In this document: one piece after another, positions 27,580-35,940 of the stretch | Layout of the letters: the number at the start of each line of letters is the position of its first letter | How positions within the stretch are numbered: position 1 is the stretch's first letter | Assembly (NCBI GenBank): GCA_024686335.1 | Contig: JAILCI010000018.1 | Coordinates: 74,652 to 138,651, forward strand | Direction: 5' to 3' | Length of the DNA stretch: 64,000 nt | Source of the DNA: Bacteroidales bacterium | Lineage (GTDB): Bacteria; Bacteroidota; Bacteroidia; Bacteroidales; WCHB1-69 | Made by a program: the position numbers and the translations under genes | The notes under the pieces: generated by a model | The model's input: the letters and a program-made list of their open reading frames with translations, nothing else | What the model was told of the DNA's origin: nothing | Database searches by the model: none

Positions 27580-29086
27580 GATATACGAAAAGATCTTCTG
27601 GTCTTTGAGGACGATATTTTGAGAGCCATCTGAAATCAGTAAGTTTTCGATTCTTTTCCTCAAACTGAGCATCTGGGTATATCTTCCCATCAGGTTTATC
27701 ATAAAATCGAATCTGCTTTATCTTATTATTTTCCAACAAGATACGCATCTTGCTAGTGATAGAGGTATTGATACCGATTAGGGAACTATCCTCTTCCTGC
27801 ACATAGTAGACACACTCTGCATTATTATCGATATCGACTTGATGTAGTTTCTTATCACGAATGAATCCGGTAATATTTACTCCCTTTACCTGATTGAATT
27901 CCGTATTCTGATAAATGCTTCCAACCAAAAATGAAGACCTACACAACTTCACACAACTATTCACTGAATCAACCTTGAAGGCATATATGGTATCTGCCGT
28001 CATCTGATACTCGTCAGACCATACAACAGGATTATAAAACATGAAAATAGTCGTATCTTCAATAAGACATACCATGGAGTCGCAGGCACCTTGAATATCT
28101 TTCCTATAAAACTTAGTATGATAATATGCACGTGCCCATTCTGCCTCCTGCTCATCATTCGTATAGAGTTTAAGTGTATCAGCATGCAAATACAAGGAAT
28201 CACCTTTGTCAATTAATATCAAAAGTGCACTATCGGTAGCTACAGAGACACCACCTTTATCATGATACTCCACATAGTTTCCTCGCAATACAAAATTCTG
28301 ATTCGTGTCAATGACCTCAACATGATTCCATCCGCGACTTAGATGCTCGTAGCGATTGTAATACAAACTATCACCTTTAACGGTTTGATGTTCTTGTTGA
28401 AGACTAACATGCCCTACCATCATGGAAATGTCGTTCTCTGTATCATACCATCCGCTTTCAGTGTAACCCTCCTCTTTGTAGGAGCAAAGTTGTGTCGGTG
28501 AGATAAAATAAACAATCTTTTGTATTGTATTGTAACGCATAGAGTCACAATCCATCGTATAGGTTTTATTCTTGGCAATTACGTCATATGAGACATACGC
28601 ATCATCCGTCTGGGTATAGTAATGTCCCACCTTACTGATTAGGGTATCTTCCTCATTGATTATAGTACCTCCAGTAAGATAATAGCCCACATCTCGATTC
28701 ATATCATAAGTCAAGCTATCTGTTAGAAGATAGGCTTTACCTTTCTCAAGACGGACATCAGAAGCGATAGAGACCATTTTAGTATTGCCATCATAATAAA
28801 CCCTGTAGCCATAAAGCCTTACGGAGTCGCCAACCAAAATACGAACCTTATCGCCATAAGCGATCATATAATTCTCCCTTTCAAAATAATAGGCGCTATC
28901 GCAATATCCTCGGACATCATCCTGAGCAAACACAACATGTCCAATAAGTCTCTGAGCCCCAGGCATTACCGCCTCATCATAATAGCCCATATCCGCACGA
29001 TACTGAATACGTTGCGTATTCTGTGCCATCAACTGAGTGAATAGCATGGAAAAAAGCAACAATAATATAATACGGAAGTTGTTCAT
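27542..29086 (-). CDS. OstA-like (LptD N-terminal / LptA-fold) periplasmic protein
   Basis: 514 aa with a signal peptide. It has repeated beta-jellyroll-like segments (RLIGHVVFAQDDVRGYCDSAYY..., GDKVRI...) as in Bacteroidales OstA-like proteins. Confidence 0.55.
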   Translation of the reverse strand: MNNFRIILLLLFSMLFTQLMAQNTQRIQYRADMGYYDEAVMPGAQRLIGHVVFAQDDVRGYCDSAYYFERENYMIAYGDKVRILVGDSVRLYGYRVYYDGNTKMVSIASDVRLEKGKAYLLTDSLTYDMNRDVGYYLTGGTIINEEDTLISKVGHYYTQTDDAYVSYDVIAKNKTYTMDCDSMRYNTIQKIVYFISPTQLCSYKEEGYTESGWYDTENDISMMVGHVSLQQEHQTVKGDSLYYNRYEHLSRGWNHVEVIDTNQNFVLRGNYVEYHDKGGVSVATDSALLILIDKGDSLYLHADTLKLYTNDEQEAEWARAYYHTKFYRKDIQGACDSMVCLIEDTTIFMFYNPVVWSDEYQMTADTIYAFKVDSVNSCVKLCRSSFLVGSIYQNTEFNQVKGVNITGFIRDKKLHQVDIDNNAECVYYVQEEDSSLIGINTSITSKMRILLENNKIKQIRFYDKPDGKIYPDAQFEEKNRKLTDFRWLSKYRPQRPEDLFVYPIPRKRGSEELE

Positions 29087-29091
29087 TAATG

Positions 29092-29757
29092 CTATTTAGA
29101 GTCCTCGTCAGTTTGAGCGACAATTCTGTCTTGTTTATATACAATCTCCTTGGAAACCGATCCATCAGGTTTATAGTAAACCTCTTTACCATCTTTTTTA
29201 TTGTTCTCATAATGAGTCAGACGTGCTTTTTGTCCATTCTGGTCATAAAAAATCACGTCACCACAACCATTCTTGAAAGCACCTTCACCCACAATAACAC
29301 CTCGCTCATCATAATAGGTCCATGGACCGTCATACATGTCATCTTTGAAACCACCCTCAATCTTCAACTCTCCGGTTATATGATAAGCAAGGTGAGGTCC
29401 ATTGCGTTTTCCGTTCTTATAGGTAAAAACTTGTGTTCTAGAGCCATTAGGAAGATACATGATTTCCTGACCAACAATAGTATCGTTCTTATAAACACAA
29501 TAGGTGTCTATGCTCCCATTTTCGAAATAGCGACGGAACTCACCATTTCTTTTGCCATTCTTCATTTCAACCTCGATTTCCAAGGTGTTGGGCCTGTCAA
29601 AATAATAAAGAGACTTGCCATGCTCTTTACCCTTCTTATATTGAATCGAGGACTGTAAATGTCCATCGGGATAGTATGTTTTCTCCTGTTTAGTGCAACC
29701 AGTCAAAACCAAGGTGACAATTGCCGTCGTCAGTAATCCAAAAAATAATTTACGCAT
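29092..29757 (-). CDS. MORN-variant repeat lipoprotein (YwqK-like)
   Basis: Signal peptide with a LTGC lipobox. There are about seven repeats of the Y..G....E..YK.GK..G type. ATG 29757 is preferred over the track's TTG at 29811. Confidence 0.7.
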   Translation of the reverse strand: MRKLFFGLLTTAIVTLVLTGCTKQEKTYYPDGHLQSSIQYKKGKEHGKSLYYFDRPNTLEIEVEMKNGKRNGEFRRYFENGSIDTYCVYKNDTIVGQEIMYLPNGSRTQVFTYKNGKRNGPHLAYHITGELKIEGGFKDDMYDGPWTYYDERGVIVGEGAFKNGCGDVIFYDQNGQKARLTHYENNKKDGKEVYYKPDGSVSKEIVYKQDRIVAQTDEDSK

Positions 29758-29808
29758 CTTTAGAATATTAGTCTTTAATAAAAAAGCAAACTTTCCAATT
29801 TGCCGCGG

Positions 29809-29816
29809 CAAAAATA
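29809..29816 (-). promoter_or_regulatory. Bacteroidota-type -7 promoter box for the MORN / OstA-like operon
   Basis: The minus strand reads TATTTTTGCCGCGG, about 51 nt upstream of the ATG at 29757. Confidence 0.5.
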
Positions 29817-29942
29817 CTCAAAAAATACGAATCACAACATGTTAGAAGACTCAGGGTTTTTAATAAGAAGCGAGGGTGGCTCATCGACAACCAGAACACC
29901 CTATACCCCAGAGAGCGGCACCCTCAACTTCTTGCAAACAGG

Positions 29943-31484
29943 TTAATACTTGGTCACCTTGGTATGCATAGTGCCAGCAGCAGTTCTTATTGTCAGCAAA
30001 TAGGTACCAGCAGGAAGAGAAGTTAGATTCAAAGGACTATTGACGGGAGCTGCCCAAGTCAAAACATCAACGCCACAAAGATTTGTCAATGTCATGGATA
30101 AAATCTGCATTCCTCCGTCTGTGAAATAGAGTTGACCATTTGTCGGATTGGGATAACAGGAGACAGGAGCATGCAGATAATCCACCACTGCCGTAGTGTC
30201 TGCTTGTCCAGTGTATTTTGATATTACAATGTTGTTAAGCTGAGTGTTACCTTTGATTGCTTCTACGAGACGCCACCGCACATAGCGACTTTCGGGGTCC
30301 AACGTCATTCCTGTAAAGTGTCCATATTCGGTCAAGGGTATATCCGGATCACTGAATGCGGCGAATATAGTCCATGTTTGACCATCAACAGACTCTGAAA
30401 CCTCTATAGTTGCGCCCTCGTAAGCCGCGGGACTTGAGCCACCCACCTTTCCCTTCAAGTCGAAAGAAAGATGTTCCGGGGCACTATCCAGGTGAGCCAC
30501 CAAGGTCGCTTCTCCCACATGGGTAGCCTCGAATTTTGCAGAACCATCCGCATAGGAACTGCCAAGGTGATAACCTCTGAATCCGCTCATCATCGTGATG
30601 TCCTCATGTGCCGTGGTACTGTTGGTCGAAATGTCAAATGGCAATGAAACCAATGAGTTGGTATCTTGAATCAATATGTTTGATGTCACAACTTCACTGT
30701 CATACATCCCCTCTTTGATTGCAAAAGCCTTAACCGTCGTTGATGTATTTATGGAAAATGGAGATGTATATACCGTGGACTCAATAGTGGGAGCGGTACC
30801 ATCTGTCGTATAATAGATAACAGCATCTTCCGTAACAGTATTCATAGTAACTGTCTGGCTTTCATAGTAAAGTCCTGAGGAAGGTGAGATAACGGGATCT
30901 GCAACAGTCTCCAAAACTATCTCTTCACCATCTACAACCGCAATGTCATCAATACGACAATCAGAAGAAGAGGAGTTAGAAAAACGCAAATGAAGTCTCC
31001 CACAGACTGGCAGTCCGTTATAGTGGACACGGTACCATCCGGAAGTTCCCGTGCCTGTAGGCAGTGTGTCAGAGATAGTCATAGTTGTCCAAGATAGGCT
31101 GTCAGTAGATACTTGCACCAACAAGTTAGCGCCATTCACAGCTGTTGTCTTGCGAATTCCAAGATATAGATTAGGAGTAGAGGCTGTCGAGGTATTGATT
31201 CCAGAAATTTGGAACCATTTTACGGTATCGTTGAGCATAACGTTGCCACCTCCTGATGCGAGTCCATAACCTAAAGAGGCGCTGGACAAACGGACATCGC
31301 AAGTACCGTCACCGATATAAAGAACCTCTGTATTCTGCCAGCCAGAATAGTTCTGCACAAGGGTAGTAGCAGTTGGAGTACCCACATTTTCTTCATAAAG
31401 GATTGTTTGGGCATTCAATCCTGTCATTACAATCATAAACAAAAGCCATAGGCATGATTGTCTTCTTTGGATTTGCTTCTTCAT
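29943..31484 (-). CDS. T9SS-sorted secreted protein with a chitobiase/hexosaminidase-C-like (Fn3-associated) domain
   Basis: It has a signal peptide (MKKQIQRRQSCLWLLFMIVMTGLNAQ), a central AVIYYTTDGTAPT...VKAFAIKEGMYDS motif, and a C-terminal CYPNPTNGQLYF...AGTYLLTI T9SS CTD. Alternative starts are at 31529 and 31568. Confidence 0.7.
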   Translation of the reverse strand: MKKQIQRRQSCLWLLFMIVMTGLNAQTILYEENVGTPTATTLVQNYSGWQNTEVLYIGDGTCDVRLSSASLGYGLASGGGNVMLNDTVKWFQISGINTSTASTPNLYLGIRKTTAVNGANLLVQVSTDSLSWTTMTISDTLPTGTGTSGWYRVHYNGLPVCGRLHLRFSNSSSSDCRIDDIAVVDGEEIVLETVADPVISPSSGLYYESQTVTMNTVTEDAVIYYTTDGTAPTIESTVYTSPFSINTSTTVKAFAIKEGMYDSEVVTSNILIQDTNSLVSLPFDISTNSTTAHEDITMMSGFRGYHLGSSYADGSAKFEATHVGEATLVAHLDSAPEHLSFDLKGKVGGSSPAAYEGATIEVSESVDGQTWTIFAAFSDPDIPLTEYGHFTGMTLDPESRYVRWRLVEAIKGNTQLNNIVISKYTGQADTTAVVDYLHAPVSCYPNPTNGQLYFTDGGMQILSMTLTNLCGVDVLTWAAPVNSPLNLTSLPAGTYLLTIRTAAGTMHTKVTKY

Positions 31485-31547
31485 AATAGTTAGTTTTAGT
31501 TTATAGAGTAAGTTCAGTTTGTTGTTCATGTTCGTAAAACGACGCAG

Positions 31548-31555
31548 CAAAAATA
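31548..31555 (-). promoter_or_regulatory. Bacteroidota-type -7 promoter box for the T9SS cargo gene
   Basis: The minus strand reads ATGTATTTTTGC, 63 nt upstream of ATG 31484 and 18 nt upstream of the alternative ATG 31529. Confidence 0.5.
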
Positions 31556-31689
31556 CATCAAAAAACAATATTTGTCAATAGTTTAGTAAGTATTTTTTAT
31601 TATTTATTGAATTTTTACATATAATTGTTAAGAAATACGGTTTTAAGAGACAATGATGGTGAGAACTTGCCCGACCATTGCGTTAGGGA

Positions 31690-31830
31690 TTGAGCGGTTA
31701 CGAGGGTGGCGGAAATCACACGGAAAGGATGAAGTGAGGAGGTTTCCCGCCACCCGAAGTTTGAGCGGAAAGCCCGACGGCGCGGCACATCAAGAAAAGG
31801 TGAGGTGAGCAGAAGCGCCGCGCCGGAACG
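31690..31830 (+). other. GC/purine-rich tandem double hairpin element (candidate structured RNA or REP-like element); strand uncertain
   Basis: Two ~71-nt units each begin with TGAGCGG (31691 and 31762). The stems are GGGTGGCGG (31704-31712) / CCGCCACCC (31747-31755) and CGGCGCGGC (31778-31786) / GCCGCGCCG (31817-31825). Each encloses a 27-30 nt purine-rich loop containing GAAAGG..TGA(A/G)GTGAG. Confidence 0.35.
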
Positions 31831-31866
31831 CCCAAAGAAAAAAAATAAAAAATAAAAGGATTTTTA

Positions 31867-31874
31867 TATCTTTG
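31867..31874 (+). promoter_or_regulatory. Bacteroidota-type -7 promoter box for the response regulator
   Basis: TATCTTTGCGC, about 26 nt upstream of the ATG at 31901. Confidence 0.55.
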
Positions 31875-31900
31875 CGCTCTGTTAGAAAAGATGATTTATT

Positions 31901-32584
31901 ATGGAACCTATCAAAATTTTATTCGCTGAAGATGACGTCAACCTGGCCAAAGTTTTAATGGCTTACCTGACCGAAAAGGGATATGCTGTCAGCCATGCAA
32001 CAAATGGCGAGATAGCATACGAACTATTCTGCCAGAACACCTTTGATATCTGTTTGATTGACGTGATGATGCCGTTGATGGACGGATTTACGTTAGCACA
32101 GGAAATCCGAAAAGTGGACAAAAAGATTCCCATCATCTTCCTGACTGCCAAATCATTACAAGAAGATATGATCAAAGGTCTCTCCATTGGTGGTGACGAT
32201 TATATCACAAAACCGTTCCCGAGAGATGTCCTATTAGCACGTATCCAAGCGTTATTGCGCCGCACCGTTCAAGCTGAAGAGGACGATGGCCTTGAGCAAC
32301 TATCCGACAGCATCGTCTTCGACAAGAAGCGTCAATTATTAACCATCCACGGAGTAGAGAAAAAGATTACGACTCGCGAAGTTGAGTTGTTGCAACTACT
32401 CATCGAGAAGAAGAATGACGTTCTGGAACGCGGCTATGCCTTAAAGAAAATCTGGGGTGATGACAGTTGGTACAATTCCAGAAATATGGATGTGTACATC
32501 AACAAGTTAAGGAAACTTTTCAAGGAAGATCCGTCTATCCAGATCATCAACGTGCACGGAGTCGGCTTCAAGCTGATTATCTGA
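31901..32584 (+). CDS. OmpR/PhoB-family response regulator (receiver plus winged-helix DNA-binding domain)
   Basis: 227 aa. It has the receiver acidic pocket (EDD), the phospho-acceptor context DVMMP, and conserved T and K (LTAKS). The C-terminal Trans_reg_C pattern is LT.RE.ELL..L.......R..L...W. Confidence 0.85.
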   Translation: MEPIKILFAEDDVNLAKVLMAYLTEKGYAVSHATNGEIAYELFCQNTFDICLIDVMMPLMDGFTLAQEIRKVDKKIPIIFLTAKSLQEDMIKGLSIGGDDYITKPFPRDVLLARIQALLRRTVQAEEDDGLEQLSDSIVFDKKRQLLTIHGVEKKITTREVELLQLLIEKKNDVLERGYALKKIWGDDSWYNSRNMDVYINKLRKLFKEDPSIQIINVHGVGFKLII

Positions 32585-33158
32585 TGCCCTCTTGTTTATA
32601 AAGGCGCACCGTCTCACATAATTGCTGATACCACTCCTCTCCAAACATTTGGATAAGGGGTTGTTTCAGAAATACATATACGGGCAACTTCAGTTCATCA
32701 CCATGTCGGCAGGCAGACTCGCAGATGCCCCAATGGTGATAATTCAAAGCTACATACTTCCCTACTCTACTGACTCGTATCGGATAGAGAAAGCAGGAAA
32801 TTGGTTTACGGAAAGGAATTTCGTTGTTTTCAAAGGCTTTTTCTATAGCACATTTGGCTATTCCATTTTCATAGAAGACAAAAGCGCAGGCACCCTGACC
32901 AGGAAGCAGTGGTGTCTGGAACTCGTCATTTTGAAAAACAAAGGGCTCGCCGCTTTTATCAACAGCGGCGAGTCCTTCTGATGTCATATATTTCCGATAG
33001 ATTGGGTAGTATTCTGAAAGATCGGCAGTCTCATCTGGAGCTACAGGGGCACCGGCGTCACCTTCTATACAACATTGTCCGTCACATTGAGCTAGATCGC
33101 AGCAGAAGTGTCTCTCGAAGAGCTCGTCAGAAACCAGGACATCCCCAACTATCAGCAT
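32577..33158 (-). CDS. DUF3109-family Cys-rich protein
   Basis: DELFERHFCCDLAQCDGQCCIEGDAGAP near the N-terminus is the DUF3109 signature as I recall it. ATG 33158 (MLIVGDV...) is preferred, which removes the overlap with tnaA produced by the track start at 33221. Confidence 0.6.
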   Translation of the reverse strand: MLIVGDVLVSDELFERHFCCDLAQCDGQCCIEGDAGAPVAPDETADLSEYYPIYRKYMTSEGLAAVDKSGEPFVFQNDEFQTPLLPGQGACAFVFYENGIAKCAIEKAFENNEIPFRKPISCFLYPIRVSRVGKYVALNYHHWGICESACRHGDELKLPVYVFLKQPLIQMFGEEWYQQLCETVRLYKQEGIR

Positions 33159-33166
33159 AGAGTTCA

Positions 33167-34543
33167 CTATTTCAAGCGTTTGAACTGGCAGGTGAAGTGA
33201 CGCATCAGCTCTGCTTCCCAAGTGATCTCCAGGCCGCGTTTGATAGTGTCGCGACGGTCATAGACATTCTTAAGGGCAGCAGCGATTACGTCCATATGGT
33301 TGTTGGTGTAAACACGGCGAGGGATACAGAGGCGAACGAAATCGTTGCCACCGAAGCGGTTCTCGCGGGTCACAGGATCACGGTCAGCCAATACATAACC
33401 TATCTCACAAGCACGGATACCAGCTTCCAGATAGAGTTCGCAGGTCAGAGTCTGAGCAGGAAACTCCTCTTTCGGGATATTGGTCAGGACCTTGTCGGCA
33501 TCAACGAAAATAGCATGGCCACCAGCAGGACGCTGATAAGGAATACCGTACTCATCAAGTTTGTCTGCCAAGTACTGCACTTGTTTAACACGAGTCTCAA
33601 CCATATCGAACTCGATGTTCTCTTTCAAACCGACAGCCAGAGCGTCCATATCACGACCGTTCATACCGCCGTAGGTCAAGAAGCCTTCGAAAGGAATACA
33701 GAACAACTTAGCGCCTTCGTACCAATCTTCCTTGTTGGTAGCGATGAATCCGCCCATGTTGACGAGACCGTCTTTCTTGGCACTCATCGTCATGCTATCA
33801 GCATAGCTGAACATCTCCAATGCGATCTCGCGAAGAGATTTGTCAGCATAACCCTCCTCACGGGTCTTGATAAAATAGCAGTTCTCAATGAAACGAGCAC
33901 TATCAACGTTGACGGGAACACCATATTTATGGCACAATTCGCAAGTCTCGCGAATGTTCTTCATACTTACGGGCTGACCACCAACGGTGTTGTTCGTAAC
34001 GGTAAGAACCATAAAAGGTACATTACCTTTGTTTTCGATGAGGACTTTTTCAAGTTTCTCCAAGCTTACATTACCTTTGAAGGGAACTTCAAGTTGAGTA
34101 TCGTAGGCCTCGGGAACAGTAACGTCGATAGCGAATGCCTTACGGCTCTCGATATGACCCTTTGTAGTATCAAAGTGTGCATTGCCAGGAATCACGTTAC
34201 CGGGTTTCACTAGATAAGAGAAGAGAACGTTCTCTGCAGCACGGCCTTGGTGAGTGGGGATGACGAATTTGAAACCAGTCAGTTCCGTAATCGTATCTTT
34301 CATATGATAGAATGAACGGGCGCCGCCGTAGCTCTCATCGCCCATCATCATGGCGCTCCACTGGCGGTCGCTCATTGCGCCGGTACCGGAGTCAGTCAAG
34401 AGATCGATATAAACATAATCGCTCTTCAGCATAAAAATGTTCTGGTGGGCTTCTTCAAGCCACTTCTCACGTTCTTCACGGGTGGATTTCTTAATAGGTT
34501 CCACCATCTTAATTTTCCAAGATTCAGCAAATGGTAATTCCAT
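33167..34543 (-). CDS. tnaA: Tryptophanase (beta-eliminating lyase family)
   Basis: 458 aa. It has IDLLTDSGTGAMS, PTHQGRAAE and the PLP-lysine motif SAKKDGLVNMGGF. HFDTTKGH resembles E. coli TnaA FFDTTQGH (the Asp that reads the indole NH) rather than the tyrosine phenol-lyase FTTTRYH; both comparisons are from memory. Confidence 0.8.
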   Translation of the reverse strand: MELPFAESWKIKMVEPIKKSTREEREKWLEEAHQNIFMLKSDYVYIDLLTDSGTGAMSDRQWSAMMMGDESYGGARSFYHMKDTITELTGFKFVIPTHQGRAAENVLFSYLVKPGNVIPGNAHFDTTKGHIESRKAFAIDVTVPEAYDTQLEVPFKGNVSLEKLEKVLIENKGNVPFMVLTVTNNTVGGQPVSMKNIRETCELCHKYGVPVNVDSARFIENCYFIKTREEGYADKSLREIALEMFSYADSMTMSAKKDGLVNMGGFIATNKEDWYEGAKLFCIPFEGFLTYGGMNGRDMDALAVGLKENIEFDMVETRVKQVQYLADKLDEYGIPYQRPAGGHAIFVDADKVLTNIPKEEFPAQTLTCELYLEAGIRACEIGYVLADRDPVTRENRFGGNDFVRLCIPRRVYTNNHMDVIAAALKNVYDRRDTIKRGLEITWEAELMRHFTCQFKRLK

Positions 34544-34573
34544 ATGATTAGTTTTAGTAATGTTATTTGTAAA

Positions 34574-35158
34574 TTATTGTATTGTTGTCACTTTATGTGG
34601 AGTAACATCATAGTCAATCGTTCTGGTCAACTTCTCTTCTGGGTCATAGAAACTCCAGACTCCAACGCGGTTACCGTTGTCATATTTGCCTGTATACATC
34701 ACGCTTCCATTCTCATAATAAACGGTATATTGACCTTGCTCCTTTCCATTTTCGTAGTGAGCCATGGTTTGAACATTACCGTTCTTATGATAGGCATACC
34801 AAAGGCCATCACGACCACCAGCGGTCAGATTACCCTCGTAATATTTGGACTTATCTGGATAGTAATGAGCCTCATATACAACATTTTCTGTAGGTTGGCC
34901 AAGACTATCAAGGGCAAAATAATAGACATCTTTAGGGCTCTTATCATCATAAGAAGCCGTAGTCTTAGGCATAGCCATTGAATCGGTCATTGCCAAGGCC
35001 GGGAACTGATGCAATGGCGCAAGGTCAGCATTATGAACTGACGATTTAAGGTTAGTCGGTAAATTATTAGGAATACATAAAGCTATTACGCAAGCTAATA
35101 CAACTACAACTAATAAACCAACCAAGGCCAAAACCCAACTTCGATTTTTCTTCTCCAT
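34574..35158 (-). CDS. MORN-variant repeat protein (YwqK-like), membrane-anchored
   Basis: 194 aa with an N-terminal TM. The C-terminal repeats read YY.G....G.RDGLWYAYHKNG and YENGKEQGQYTVYYENG....G.Y.NG.RVG.W. Confidence 0.7.
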   Translation of the reverse strand: MEKKNRSWVLALVGLLVVVVLACVIALCIPNNLPTNLKSSVHNADLAPLHQFPALAMTDSMAMPKTTASYDDKSPKDVYYFALDSLGQPTENVVYEAHYYPDKSKYYEGNLTAGGRDGLWYAYHKNGNVQTMAHYENGKEQGQYTVYYENGSVMYTGKYDNGNRVGVWSFYDPEEKLTRTIDYDVTPHKVTTIQ

Positions 35159-35167
35159 ACCTATTGG

Positions 35168-35908
35168 TTATTTTTTCTTAAATGGTTTATTAAGCTCAGT
35201 CAAAACCTCATCAGTGATGTCTCGAGTAGGATCAGCCACAATCATATTGCTACCGCCTCCATAGGTCATAATGAAAGAAGCATTTTTACCTTCGTTAATA
35301 CGTTTGCTGACAGCTATCAGAGAGTCTGAAATCTGAGCAAGGGCAGCTGTATAGCGAGCTTCCAGAGAAGCAAGGGCCTGCTCATAATCACTTTGCAACT
35401 GAGTGCTCTCCTGTTGCAGCGAAGCCTCAGCATATTGAGATTGTTGGGCATTCAATACGCCAGATTGCATATTCTGCTGATAATTTCTCAACTTGTTCTC
35501 CAGTGCTTTTTGACGATTCTGGAATACAACCTCCTTCTTGCTCTTCTCTGCATCAATGCTGTCGGTCAAAATTTTAACCATTTCATAATTGGCATTGATA
35601 GAGTCAATGTTGACATAGAGAATATCACCATTGCCCGGCACGACGGACTCAGCGACAGCATTATCTTTCACCTTGTCTTTTGAGGGTCTGCCTTTGGCGT
35701 ACAGCACAAAAAGGGTAATGACGGCAGCAAGCATAAGCAAGTCGAAAACAAGGCGTGCAATACAATATGCCTTATGACAATGCTTTGCAGATTTATTGTC
35801 CCCTTCACATGAGCAATTTTGCTCATCAATTACAACCGGTTCATTTTCAGTCTTTATCTCTTCCGGACTAACGATTCCTTCTTGATCTTTAATTTCTTCT
35901 TGTTCCAT
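35168..35908 (-). CDS. OmpH/Skp-like protein with an N-terminal Cys/His-rich extension and a TM anchor
   Basis: 246 aa. It has an acidic N-terminus with CSCEGDNKSAKHCHKAYC, one TM, and then a Q-rich coiled-coil region resembling OmpH (Skp) chaperones. Confidence 0.5.
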   Translation of the reverse strand: MEQEEIKDQEGIVSPEEIKTENEPVVIDEQNCSCEGDNKSAKHCHKAYCIARLVFDLLMLAAVITLFVLYAKGRPSKDKVKDNAVAESVVPGNGDILYVNIDSINANYEMVKILTDSIDAEKSKKEVVFQNRQKALENKLRNYQQNMQSGVLNAQQSQYAEASLQQESTQLQSDYEQALASLEARYTAALAQISDSLIAVSKRINEGKNASFIMTYGGGSNMIVADPTRDITDEVLTELNKPFKKK

Positions 35909-35940
35909 AAAATTTTTAAAATATCTATTAGATTCTATTT

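Noticed and set aside
29869-31710. 10-nt direct repeat CGAGGGTGGC on both flanks of the T9SS cargo gene (29869-29878 and 31701-31710), suggestive of target-site duplication or a cassette
   Set aside because: It is a single 10-mer match between two ~200-nt regions, and my rough estimate is a few-percent chance. No terminal inverted repeats or recombinase are present, and both copies are simply arms of local GGGTG/CACCC hairpins. It is probably coincidence or a shared hairpin preference.
31653-31808. 51-codon ORF (MMVRTCPTIALGIERLRGWRKSHGKDEVRRFPATRSLSGKPDGAAHQEKVR) spanning the GC-rich hairpin element
   Set aside because: It is Arg-rich with no hydrophobic core, signal or motif. Its openness is explained by the purine-rich, stop-poor hairpin sequence, and it has no promoter box upstream. 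It is kept only as a remote alternative in the finding.
31901-32584. The response regulator as the T9SS regulator PorX
   Set aside because: PorX-type regulators carry a large PglZ/alkaline-phosphatase-like effector domain. This protein is a 227-aa OmpR-type regulator with a winged-helix output.
33197-34213. 338-aa ORF on the plus strand
   Set aside because: It is entirely antisense to tnaA, whose product has unmistakable family motifs. The ORF has no recognisable motifs and a low-complexity, stop-free mirror-frame composition typical of shadow ORFs.
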